A DNA stretch of 64,000 bases from Auanema rhodensis. Its lineage: Eukaryota > Animalia > Nematoda. The notes below the pieces were generated by a model that searched no databases, was not told where the DNA came from, and saw nothing but the letters and a program-made list of their open reading frames with translations. Every line of letters starts with the position of its first letter. Position 1 is the stretch's first letter. Location: contig OZ059896.1 in assembly GCA_964057225.1 (NCBI GenBank), forward strand, positions 7,192,001 through 7,256,000. Direction: 5' to 3'. Below are positions 15,285-27,200 of this stretch, piece after piece. The translations under genes and the position numbers were made by a program.

Positions 15285-16218
15285 TTATCTTCGTGATCCA
15301 TCTTCAAAGAATATTCCACCGTCGATAGCACAATATTTTGGACAAATTCCTGGTTCTCCAACTCCACCAGGCATTCCAGATGGTCCCGGAGTTCCAGGAT
15401 TACCATCAGGTCCTGGAGATCCTGGTTGTCCATTAGGTCCTTTTGGTCCAATGTTTCCTGGGATTCCATCAAGTCCTGGCAATCCTGGTGTACCTGGAAC
15501 TCCTGGAAGTCCTGGGGGTCCTTGTGGTCCTGGTTCGCCGCGAATTGGTAAAGTAGTGGTAACATCTTCTCCTGGTGGTCCCATTGAACCTGGTGATCCA
15601 GGTGTACCGGGTAGTCCAGGTGGTCCCTTTGGTCCTGGTGGTCCTGGAAGCGAGCCACCTACAGAAGATCCTGGTAATCCAGGAAGTCCAGCATCTCCTG
15701 GAAGTCCTGGGAGTCCTGGAGGTCCTGGTGGTCCTTGTGGACATGGTCGGCAAGGTGGTGGAGTAGTTTCAGTACAAGGCTGGCGAGGAGGACGTCCAGG
15801 ATTACCGGGCATTCCGGGTGCTCCAGGTTTTCCTGGAGTTCCTGGTCGTCCGGGAGTTCCACCGGCACCAGGTGGCCCAGGAAGACAGCAGCCATCGCAA
15901 AATGGTGCTGGAATGTCTTGAACGTTGTATCCAGCTTGACGAGTTGTTCTATTTCCAGGATGAGCTCCTTTAATTTCTTGAACATCTGACCAGATATTCT
16001 TGGCTGAACTCTGAAAAAAAAAAACAAAAATCTTTTAGAAAGTTGGTTGAACAAACCTTGCAGAAGTTGATTTCATCATTAATAGATCTTTTCACATGAT
16101 GCAAATAGTTATAAACCATTGGTAATGTCAAGCATATCGAAAGAACAGCTATAACAGAGAATGAAATAGCTGAATAAGCTACAAAGCGATAAGCTTTGAT
16201 GCGAGGCTGCATATCCAT
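15285..16218 (-). CDS. Nematode cuticle collagen, dpy-13/col-1-like group; exons 16218-16057 and 16010-15285, ~295 aa (in-frame upstream ATGs at 16233 and 16245)
   Basis: Col_cuticle_N-type N-terminus [41 protein letters not shown]; 46-nt intron (GTTTGT..TTTTCAG, 16056-16011); RTTR convertase site; CDGCC cysteines; Gly-X-Y blocks; C-terminus [21 protein letters not shown]. The exact orthologue cannot be assigned. Confidence 0.96.
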
Positions 16219-16257
16219 GTTAGAAGATGGCATGATATTATACATTGCAATTGACTT

Positions 16258-16440
16258 GCTTTATATATATTTGTGAAGAAGTGATTGATAAGGAAATAAA
16301 CTATTAATATTAACTCCAACTTATCGATATTTACTCAAGTTTTCAGTTTTATACATAAAGAAAGAAACTTATTTTATAATTTTATTTCATTCCTCAGTTT
16401 TTTCTTAATTGCTAACTATATAATCTATTTAGTGATAACC
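16258..16440 (-). promoter_or_regulatory. Collagen promoter: TATA box and GATA motifs
   Basis: TATATAAAG on the minus strand at ~16259-16268; GATAA/TTATC motifs at ~16287, ~16321 and ~16433. GATA control of hypodermal collagens is established in C. elegans. Confidence 0.55.
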
Positions 16441-17000
16441 TTCTACGAAATTTTTTAATACAATGTACAACAGTTGTCATCCAAAATAATTAAAAGATGA
16501 ACAGAATGTTATGAACTGTTTTTACAAGAAAACTACTGAACGTTTATCTTAACTATTAGCTATTGATTATTTATAAATATAAAATTTATTGTTAAAATAA
16601 AAATTATATTTATATTTTATGCTTATTATATTCTATATTATATGATAGAAACCTTTAAATTCCATACAAAATCGCATTTGTAAAACTTTTTGAGCCAATA
16701 TCAGTTTTTAAATGATTGAATCATCTGTTAGCATTAGTTTCTCATTTAATTATATCTTATATTATAATATATTATCCATCTCTATACATACATATATATG
16801 TATGTTTCATATATTTTATAAACTTCTTATTTGTAAAAATCATATATGAATATATGTATTACATACACCCGCTTTACCTGATCCTTCATAGTTTATTAGA
16901 AATCAGAATGCACGAACATTAGATGCTTACTCAAGTCTCTGATCCGGATGTACCGAAATACCGCAGTAATGCCGATTTTCCGGATCTATCGATCCGCTTT

Positions 17001-17015
17001 AGCTGAAAATTGAAC
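17001..17015. other. Left target-site duplication AGCTGAAAATTGAAC
   Basis: Identical 15-mer at 60591-60605, exactly where repeat homology ends. Confidence 0.88.
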
Positions 17016-17678
17016 AATTCTTGTGGATGGGGCCGAGATAAACAATTTTTCCGGAAAATAGAAAGGTCCTCGTCAATTCTCTTTCAGAAATTCAGAATCT
17101 ACACATCTGAATACCCAACCTGTGAATATTTTAATTTGATCATAATTGCAAATCTTGGAGTAAACTGAACAATCACCGGCCACAACGTGACTACAGCCTG
17201 AACTTTTTTGTGAACAATTCTTGTGGATGGGGTCGATATAAACCCTTTTTCCGGAAAATAGAAAGGTCCTCGTCGAATCTTTTTCAGAAATTCAGAATCT
17301 ACACATCTGAATACTCAACCTGTAAATATTTTAATTTAATCATAGTTGCTAATCTTGGAGTAAAGCTAACAATCACCGGGCACAACGTGACTACAGCCTG
17401 AACTTTTTTGTGAACAATTCTTGTGGATGGGGTCGATATAAACCCTTTTTCCGGAAAATAGAAAGGTCCTCGTCAAATCTTTTTCAGAAATTCAGAATCT
17501 ACACATCTGAATACCCAACCTGTAAATATTTTAATTTGATCATAATTGCTAATCTTGGAGTAAAGCGAACAATCACCGGGCACAACGTGACTACAGCCTG
17601 AACTTTTTTGTGAACAATTCTTGTGGATGGGGTCCAGATAAACCCCTTTTCCGGAAAATAGAAAAGTCTTCGCCATTT
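17011..17678. repeat. Left short array of the 200-bp satellite (~3.3 monomers)
   Basis: 200-bp period; same monomer as the large array and the same degenerate terminal junction (..AAAAGTCTTCGCCATTTCAAATCACAGC). Confidence 0.97.
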
Positions 17679-17962
17679 CAAATCACAGCTATCCTTTTCG
17701 GGTAGTCCTGGTCCTCGGTCCTAGGCTCCTGGTCCTGGGCTCTTGGTCCTGGGGATCCTTCTCCTGAGGCTCCTCGATCCTCGGGCTCCTGATCCTCAGA
17801 GCTCCTTCGATAACCGAAAAAAAAATCGAAAACCGCCTCTGGGTTCTCGGTCCTGGTACTCGGTCCGGAGCCCCTGGTCTTCGGTCCGGGAGCCCCTGAT
17901 CCTCGGGCCCATGATCCTCGGAGCTCCTTCGATAACCGAAAAAAAAAATTCGAAAACCGCCC
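17679..17962. repeat. GC-rich spacer of the left direct repeat with a duplicated ~52-bp subunit (GATCCTCRGAGCTCCTTCGATAACCG-A8-10-..CGAAAACCGCC)
   Basis: Subunits at ~17791-17842 and ~17913-17966; homologous to 59358-59630. Confidence 0.9.
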
Positions 17963-18362
17963 CTGGTGCTTCTGGTCCTCGGTCCTGGTGCTTCTGGTCC
18001 TCGGTCCTGGTGCTCCTGGTCCTCGGTCCTGGTGCTCCTGGTCCTCGGTCCTGGTGCTCCTGGTCCTGGTGCTCCTGGTCCTCGGTCCTGGTGCTCCTGG
18101 TCCTGGTGCTCCTGGTCCTCGGTCCTGGTGCTCCTGGTCCTGGTGCTCCTGGTCCTCGGTCCTGGTGCTCCTGGTCCTCGGTCCTGGTGCTCCTGGTCCT
18201 CGGTCCTGGTGCTCCTGGTCCTCGGTCCTGGTGCTCCTGGTCCTCGGTCCTGGTGCTCCTGGTCCTCGGTCCTGGTGCTCCTGGTCCTCGGTCCTGGTGC
18301 TCCTGGTCCTCGGTCCTGGTGCTCCTGGTCCTCGGTCCTGGTGCTCCTGGTCCTCGGTCCTG
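17963..18362. repeat. 22-bp minisatellite (GGTCCTCGGTCCTGGTGCTCCT)n, left copy, with some 15-bp units
   Basis: Seen directly; the + strand contains no A. Confidence 0.97.
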
Positions 18363-18895
18363 GGGGGTTCTGATTCTATAACTTTAGTCTTACCTTTTCC
18401 TTATCAGTAACTTGTGGGATTCGAACTCGGACTGTTTGAGTGCCAGTCTGTCATCTTATCCTTTCGGCTATTGACCACATTTATATATAAAAGGTAACTA
18501 TATGATAAAATAAAAAATGGATATATCATATAAACCTTAAAGCAATATAGCTTCACTATGTGTGCTATGTTCAAGTCGTTATATCTCCTTAATTTGACAG
18601 TATTTTCAAATTTAAATTAGTTTTTCAGGTTCCACGGGTTTGATTTTATATAATTCAGTTCCAAAATACTTAATTTATAACTGTTAATTTTAAGTTTTCT
18701 TTAAAACCATACCAGAGAATAATACTCTTCAAAGTCGCGCTCCACTGATAATTGAGAATTCAGTTCAAATATTTAATTCATTTATTATTAATGTTTTTTA
18801 TTTTAAATTAACGATTTTTCAATATATTGTTGTGATGTAGATAAAGGAAAATAGTAAACAAAATTAAAATATATATCACAGCAATGTATTGAAAA
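18363..18895. repeat. Unique AT-rich tail of the left direct repeat
   Basis: Identical by eye to 60059-60591 (offset 41696). Confidence 0.95.
18407..18478 (-). ncRNA. tRNA-derived (SINE-head-like) Pol III internal promoter, left copy
   Basis: Minus strand GTGGTCAA-TAGCCGAAAGG (A box)-ATAAGATGACAGACTGGCACTCAAACAGTCC-GAGTTCGAATCC (B box)-CACAAGTTAC. Length (~72 nt) and box spacing are tRNA-like, but the stems do not pair. Confidence 0.7.
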
Positions 18896-19639
18896 ATCGC
18901 TTTATTTCTTTTTGAAATTTTAAATTGTAAGTTCTAGCCAAGTAAGCAGGAACAATAACCGAATTTGATACTTCAATGAATACCTTTCAAATATTTTGAA
19001 ATTAAATACAGAAAAATAACAAGTTTGTGCTTTTCTGCAGATATTACAGGACCCCCGCTCTAGAATTCACGTTCTTTGGGAAAGAAATGAAGTTATACTT
19101 CAATAAATTTTCAATGAGTTTTGACAGACTCGAGGTATTGAGAAACAGAATACTTTATTGAAGGATTACGTTAAGCATTTGTCTATATTATGTGTTTATT
19201 CATTTTCGATTTTTCCTTAAACATGTAAAACAAATTAATATGATCTTTTTCGGGATTTGTTTTAAAAATATTTGATTCCTTGTGCTAATTTGAATAATGT
19301 TGAACTGTAGTCAAATAAGAATAAATTTACCTTAGTCTATGTTGATGATATCATTAAATTATAACTAAGTATCATACTATTTATATGTTTCAACCAATTT
19401 AAATGTTTATTAGTGATAGCCAACTTGAAAAAATAAATATTTAGTCAACAATATTTATTATATAATAGTATTTTATATTTTTAATCAGTATAAACAATTT
19501 AGTATGATTCAAAATATAACATAAATCAATAAAATATAAATTAAAACAGTTCTTTATCACAATTTTCATATACTTGTGTAATTTTTAAATTAATTTTCAA
19601 ATCGTGTACAGCCGGTTTTTGTTTTTCCAAATTTTGAAA

Positions 19640-19712
19640 TTACACGTAAACGTGGCTTACGTGGTCTGCACGCCAATGGGTATATAAGCATTTTTTTTCA
19701 GTTGGCAGTCAC
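19640..19712 (+). promoter_or_regulatory. Putative Pol II core promoter inside the element
   Basis: Three ACGT motifs (19644-19663), CCAAT (19673-19677), TATATAAG (19681-19688), then TCAGTT (19698-19703) and CAGT (19706-19709) ~17-25 nt downstream; faces the minisatellite and satellite. Confidence 0.5.
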
Positions 19713-19744
19713 TTCTCCGACTATCGCCGTCCGAATAGGTCTTC

Positions 19745-21275
19745 TGTTCTTCCCTCGTTCTGCCTTCGAATTTTCGGTTCTGCCTCGGCTCTTTGGTTTA
19801 TCTTGCCTCTTCGGTTCTTCCTCGGTTTTTCAGTTCCTCCTCGGTATCCACTCAGGCTCTTCGGTTCCTCCTCGGCTCCTCCTCGGTTCTTCGGTTCCTC
19901 CTCGGCTCCTCCTCGGTTCTTCTGTTCCTCCTCGGCTCCTCCTCGGTTCTTCTGTTCCTTCTCGGCTTTTCCTCGGTTCTTCGGTTCCTCCTCGGCTCCT
20001 CCTCGGTTCTTCTGTTCCTCCTCGGCTCCTCCTCGGTTCTTCTGTTCCTCCTCGGCTCCTCCTCGGTTCTTCCGTTCCTCCTCGGCTCCTCCTCGGCTCC
20101 TCCTCGGCTCTTCGGTTCCTCCTCAGTTCCTCCTCGGCTCTTCTTCGGTTCTTCGGTTCCTCCTCAGTTCCTCCTCGGCTCTTCCTCGGTTCTTCGGTTC
20201 CTCCTCAGGTCCTCCTCGGCTCCTCCTCGGTTCTTCCGTTCCTCCTCGGCTCTTCCTCGGTTCTTCCGTTCCTCCTCGGCTCCTCCTCGGCTCTTCGGTT
20301 CCTCCTCAGTTCCTCCTCGGCTCTTCCTCGGTATCCACTCAGGCTCTTCCTCGAGCATTCGGTTCTTCCTCAGTTCCTCCTCGGCTCTTCCTCGGTTCTT
20401 CGGTTCCTCCTCGGCTCCTCCTCGGATCTTCGGTTCCTCCTCGGCTCCTCCTCGGTTCTTCGGTTCCTCCTTAGTTCCTCCTCGGCTCTTCTTTGGTTCT
20501 TCGGTTCCTCCTCAGTTCCTCCTCGGCTCTTCCTCGGTTCTTCGGTTCCTCCTCAGGTCCTCCTCGGCTCCTCCTCGGTTCTTCCGTTCCTCCACGGCTC
20601 CTCCTCGGTTCTTCCGTTCCTCCTCGGCTCCTCCTCGGCTCTTCGGTTCCTCCTCAGTTCCCGGCTCTTCCTCGGTTCTTCGGTTCCTCCTCGGCTCCTT
20701 TTCAGTTCCTCCTCGGTATCCACTCAGGCTCTTCCTCGGTATCCACTCAGGCTCTTCCTCGGTTCTTCGGTTCCTCCTCGGCTCCTCCTCGGCTCCTCCT
20801 CGGTTCTTCGGTTTCTCCTCGGCTCCTCCTCGGTTCTTCCGTTCCTCCTCGGCTCCTCCTCGGCTCTTCCTCGGTTCTTCGGTTCCTCCTCGGCTCCTCC
20901 TCGGCTCCTCCTCGGTTCTTCGGTTTCTCCTCGGCTCATCCTCGGTTCTTCTGTTCCTCCTCGGCTTTTCCTCGGTTCTTCTGCTCCTCCTCGGCTCCTC
21001 CTCGGTAATTCGGTTCCTCCTCAGCTCTTCCTTGGTTCTTCGGTTTCAGCTCTTCTTCCGCTCTTCCTCGGTTTTTTTTGTTTTTTCTGAATTCCTCATA
21101 GGTTCCGCAGACGCTCTTCATTGACCATTTGGCTTTTCATCGGTTCCTCCTCGGTTCTTCGGTTCCTCCTCAGGTCCTCCTCGGCTCCTCCTCGGTTTAT
21201 CCGTTCCTCCTCAGCTTTTCCTTGGTTCTTCGGTTTCGGCTAGTCTTTTTCCTCGACAATTCGGTACTTTCGCTT
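19745..21275. repeat. Pyrimidine-rich minisatellite built from 11-bp (CGGTTCCTCCT / CGGCTCCTCCT) and 8-bp (CGGTTCTT) subunits; basic 30-bp period
   Basis: Clear 30-bp period at ~19860-20100; recurring variant GGTATCCACTCAGGCTC at ~19842, 20330, 20714 and 20738; almost A-free on +. Confidence 0.95.
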
Positions 21276-24200
21276 CCTGAACTTTTTTGTGAACAATTCT
21301 TGTGGATGGGGTCGATATAAACAATTTTTCCGGAAAATAGGAAGGTCCTCGTCAATTCTCTTTCAGAAATTCAGAATCTACACATCTGAATACCCAACCT
21401 GTAAATATTTTGATTTGATCATAGTTGCTAATCTTGGAGTAAAGCTAACAATCACCGGGCACAACGTGACTACAGCCTGAACTTTTTTGTGAACAATTCT
21501 TGTGGATGGGGTCGATATAAACCCTTTTTCCGGAAAATAGAAAGGTCCTCGTCAATTCTCTTTCAGAAATTCAGAATCTACACATCTGAATACCCAACCT
21601 GTAAATATTTTAATTTGATCATAGTTGCTAATCTTGGAGTAAAGCTAACAATCACCGGGCACAACGTGACTACAGCCTGAACTTTTTTGTGAACAATTCT
21701 TGTGGATGGGGTCGAGATAAACAATTTTTCCGTAAAATAGAAAGGTCCTCGTCAATTCTCTTTCAGAAATTCAGAATCTACACATCTGAATACCCAACCT
21801 GTGAATATTTTAATTTGATCATAGTTGCTAATCTTGGAGTAAAGCGAACAATCACCGGGCACAACGTGACTACAGCCTGAACTTTTTTGTGAACAATTCT
21901 TGTGGATGGGGTCGAGATAAACCCTTTTTCCAGAAAACAGAAAGGTCCTCGTCAATTCTCTTTCAGAAATTCAGAATCTACACATCTGAATACCCAACCT
22001 GTGAATATTTTAATTTGATCATAGTTGCTAATCTTGGAGTAAAGTGAACAATCACCGGGCACAACGTGACTACAGCCTGAACTTTTTTGTGAACAATTCT
22101 TGTGGATGGGGTCGATATAAACCCTTTTTCCGGTAAATAGAAAGGTCCTCGTCAATTCTCTTTTAGAAATTCAGAATCTACACATCTGAATACCCAACCT
22201 GTGAATATTTTAATTTGATCATAGTTGCTAATCTTGGAGTAAAGCTAACAATCACCGGGCACAACGTGACTACAGCCTGAACTTTTTTGTGAACAATTCT
22301 TGTGGATGGGGTCGATATAAACCCTTTTTCCGGAAAATAGAAAGGTCCTCGTCAATTCTCTTTCAGAAATTCAGAATCTACACATCTGAATACCCAACCT
22401 GTAAATATTTTAATTTGATCATAGTTGCTAATCTTGGAGTAAAGCTAACAATCACCGGGCACAACGTGACTACAGCCTGAACTTTTTTGTGAACAATTCT
22501 TGTGGATGGGGTCGAGATAAACAATTTTTCCGTAAAATAGAAAGGTCCTCGTCAATTTTCTTTCAGAAATTCAGAATCTACACATCTGAATACCCAACCT
22601 GTGAATATTTTAATTTGATCATAGTTGCTAATCTTGGAGTAAAGTGAACAATCACCGGGCACAACGTGACTACAGCCTGAACTTTTTTGTGAACAATTCT
22701 TGTGGATGGGGTCGAGATAAACCCTTTTTCCAGAAAACAGAAAGGTCCTCGTCAATTCTCTTTCAGAAATTCAGAATCTACACATCTGAATACCCAACCT
22801 GTGAATATTTTAATTTGATCATAGTTGCTAATCTTGGAGTAAAGCTAACAATCACCGGGCACAACGTGACTACAGCCTGAACTTTTTTGTGAACAATTCT
22901 TGTGGATGGGGTCGAGATAAACAATTTTTCCGTAAAATAGAAAGGTCCTCGTCAATTTTCTTTCAGAAATTCAGAATCTACACATCTGAATACCCAACCT
23001 GTGAATATTTTAATTTGATCATAGTTGCTAATCTTGGAGTAAAGCGAACAATCACCGGGCACAACGTGACTACAGCCTGAACTTTTTTGTGAACAATTCT
23101 TGTGGATGGGGTCGAGATAAACCCTTTTTCCAGAAAACAGAAAGGTCCTCGTCAATTCTCTTTCAGAAATTCAGAATCTACACATCTGAATACCCAACCT
23201 GTGAATATTTTAATTTGATCATAGTTGCTAATCTTGGAGTAAAGTGAACAATCACCGGGCACAACGTGACTACAGCCTGAACTTTTTTGTGAACAATTCT
23301 TGTGGATGGGGTCGAGATAAACCCTTTTTCCAGAAAACAGAAAGGTCCTCGTCAATTCTCTTTCAGAAATTCAGAATCTACACATCTGAATACCCAACCT
23401 GTGAATATTTTAATTTGATCATAGTTGCTAATCTTGGAGTAAAGTGAACAATCACCGGGCACAACGTGACTACAGCCTGAACTTTTTTGTGAACAATTCT
23501 TGTGGATGGGGTCGATATAAACCCTTTTTCCGGTAAATAGAAAGGTCCTCGTCAATTCTCTTTTAGAAATTCAGAATCTACACATCTGAATACCCAACCT
23601 GTGAATATTTTAATTTGATCATAGTTGCTAATCTTGGAGTAAAGTGAACAATCACCGGGCACAACGTGACTACAGCCTGAACTTTTTTGTGAACAATTCT
23701 TGTGGATGGGGTCGATATAAACCCTTTTTCCGGTAAATAGAAAGGTCCTCGTCAATTCTCTTTCAGAAATTCAGAATCTACACATCTGAATACCCAACCT
23801 GTGAATATTTTAATTTGATCATAGTTGCAAATCTTGGAGTAAAGTGAACAATCACCGGGCACAACGTGACTACAGCCTGAACTTTTTTGTGAACAATTCT
23901 TGTGGATGGGGTCGATATAAACCCTTTTTCCGGTAAATAGAAAGGTCCTCGTCAATTCTCTTTCAGAAATTCAGAATCTACACATCTGAATACCCAACCT
24001 GTGAATATTTTAATTTGATCATAGTTGCTAATCTTGGAGTGAAGCGAACAATCACCGGGCACAACTTGACTACAGCCTGAACTTTTTTGTGAACAATTCT
24101 TGTGGATGGGGTCGAGAAAAACAATTTTTCCGTAAAATAGAAAGGTCCTCGTCAATTCTCTTTCAGAAATTCAGAATCTACACATCTGAATACCCAACCT

Positions 24201-27200
24201 GTGAATATTTTAATTTGATCATAGTTGCTAATCTTGGAGTAAAGCGAACAATCACCGGGCACAACGTGACTACAGCCTGAACTTTTTTGTGAACAATTCT
24301 TGTGGATGGGGTCGAGATAAACAATTTTTCCGTAAAATAGAAAGGTCCTCGTCAATTCTCTTTCAGAAATTCAGAATCTACACATCTGAATACCCAACCT
24401 GTGAATATTTTAATTTGATCATAGTTGCAAATCTTGGAGTAAAGTGAACAATCACCGGGCACAACGTGACTACAGCCTGAACTTTTTTGTGAACAATTCT
24501 TGTGGATGGGGTCGATATAAACAATTTTTCCGGAAAATAGAAAGGTCCTCGTCAATTCTCTTTCAGAAATTCAGAATCTACACATCTGAATACCCAACCT
24601 GTGAATATTTTAATTTGATCATAGTTGCTAATCTTGGAGTGAAGCGAACAATCACCGGGCACAACTTGACTACAGCCTGAACTTTTTTGTGAACAATTCT
24701 TGTGGATGGGGTCGAGAAAAACAATTTTTCCGTAAAATAGAAAGGTCCTCGTCAATTCTCTTTCAGAAATTCAGAATCTACACATCTGAATACCCAACCT
24801 GTGAATATTTTAATTTGATCATAGTTGCTAATCTTGGAGTAAAGCGAACAATCACCGGGCACAACGTGACTACAGCCTGAACTTTTTTGTGAACAATTCT
24901 TGTGGATGGGGTCGAGATAAACAATTTTTCCGTAAAATAGAAAGGTCCTCGTCAATTCTCTTTCAGAAATTCAGAATCTACACATCTGAATACCCAACCT
25001 GTGAATATTTTAATTTGATCATAGTTGCAAATCTTGGAGTAAAGTGAACAATCACCGGGCACAACGTGACTACAGCCTGAACTTTTTTGTGAACAATTCT
25101 TGTGGATGGGGTCGATATAAACAATTTTTCCGGAAAATAGAAAGGTCCTCGTCAATTCTCTTTCAGAAATTCAGAATCTACACATCTGAATACCCAACCT
25201 GTGAATATTTTAATTTGATCATAGTTGCTAATCTTGGAGTAAAGTGAACAATCACCGGGCACAACGTGACTACAGCCTGAACTTTTTTGTGAACAATTCT
25301 TGTGGATGGGGTCGAGATAAACCCTTTTTCCAGAAAACAGAAAGGTCCTCGTCAATTCTCTTTCAGAAATTCAGAATCTACACATCTGAACACCCAACCT
25401 GTGAATATTTTAATTTGATCATAATTGCTAATCTTGGAGTAAAGTGAACAATCACCGGGCACAACGTGACTACAGCCTGAACTTTTTTGTGAACAATTCT
25501 TGTGGATGGGGTCGATATAAACCCTTTTTCCGGTAAATAGAAAGGTCCTCGTCAATTCTCTTTTAGAAATTCAGAATCTACACATCTGAATACCCAACCT
25601 GTGAATATTTTAATTTGATCATAGTTGCTAATCTTGGAGTAAAGTGAACAATCACCGGGCACAACGTGACTACAGCCTGAACTTTTTTGTGAACAATTCT
25701 TGTGGATGGGGTCGATATAAACCCTTTTTCCGGTAAATAGAAAGGTCCTCGTCAATTCTCTTTCAGAAATTCAGAATCTACACATCTGAATACCCAACCT
25801 GTGAATATTTTAATTTGATCATAGTTGCAAATCTTGGAGTAAAGTGAACAATCACCGGGCACAACGTGACTACAGCCTGAACTTTTTTGTGAACAATTCT
25901 TGTGGATGGGGTCGATATAAACCCTTTTTCCGGTAAATAGAAAGGTCCTCGTCAATTCTCTTTCAGAAATTCAGAATCTACACATCTGAATACCCAACCT
26001 GTGAATATTTTAATTTGATCATAGTTGCTAATCTTGGAGTGAAGCGAACAATCACCGGGCACAACTTGACTACAGCCTGAACTTTTTTGTGAACAATTCT
26101 TGTGGATGGGGTCGAGAAAAACAATTTTTCCGTAAAATAGAAAGGTCCTCGTCAATTCTCTTTCAGAAATTCAGAATCTACACATCTGAATACCCAACCT
26201 GTGAATATTTTAATTTGATCATAGTTGCTAATCTTGGAGTAAAGCGAACAATCACCGGGCACAACGTGACTACAGCCTGAACTTTTTTGTGAACAATTCT
26301 TGTGGATGGGGTCGAGATAAACAATTTTTCCGTAAAATAGAAAGGTCCTCGTCAATTCTCTTTCAGAAATTCAGAATCTACACATCTGAATACCCAACCT
26401 GTGAATATTTTAATTTGATCATAGTTGCAAATCTTGGAGTAAAGTGAACAATCACCGGGCACAACGTGACTACAGCCTGAACTTTTTTGTGAACAATTCT
26501 TGTGGATGGGGTCGATATAAACAATTTTTCCGGAAAATAGAAAGGTCCTCGTCAATTCTCTTTCAGAAATTCAGAATCTACACATCTGAATACCCAACCT
26601 GTGAATATTTTAATTTGATCATAGTTGCTAATGTTGGAGTAAAGTGAACAATCACCGGGCACAACGTGACTACAGCCTGAACTTTTTTGTGAACAATTCT
26701 TGTGGATGGGGTCGATATAAACAATTTTTCCGGAAAATAGAAAGGTCCTCGTCAATTCTCTTTCAGAAATTCAGAATCTACACATCTGAATACTCAACCT
26801 GTGAATATTTTAATTTGATCATAGTTGCAAATCTTGGAGTAAAGTGAACAATCACCGGGCACAACGTGACTACAGCCTGAACTTTTTTGTGAACAATTCT
26901 TGTGGATGGGGTCGATATAAACCCTTTTTCCGGAAAATAGAAAGGTCCTCGTCAATTCTCTTTCAGAAATTCAGAATCTACACATCTGAATACCCAACCT
27001 GTAAATATTTTAATTTGATCATAGTTGCTAATCTTGGAGTAAAGCTAACAATCACCGGGCACAACGTGACTACAGCCTGAACTTTTTTGTGAACAATTCT
27101 TGTGGATGGGGTCGAGATAAACAATTTTTCCGTAAAATAGAAAGGTCCTCGTCAATTTTCTTTCAGAAATTCAGAATCTACACATCTGAATACCCAACCT

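Noticed and set aside
15185-16054. Overlapping and antisense ORFs over the collagen
   Set aside because: Shadow frames of the Gly-Pro codon repeats.
17743-18410. Collagen-like 'GPGAPGP' ORFs in the 22-bp repeats (also 59422-60106)
   Set aside because: The + strand is A-free or nearly so, so stops cannot form. The 22-bp period cycles through all three frames, so there is no sustained Gly-X-Y.
18407-18478. Functional tRNA gene
   Set aside because: Acceptor, anticodon and T stems do not base-pair; only the A/B boxes and their spacing remain.
19702-21124. 462-aa and 443-aa Ser/Pro/Leu/Arg-rich ORFs
   Set aside because: Open in several frames because of the near A-free composition; 11- and 8-bp subunits shift the frame; no ATG start.
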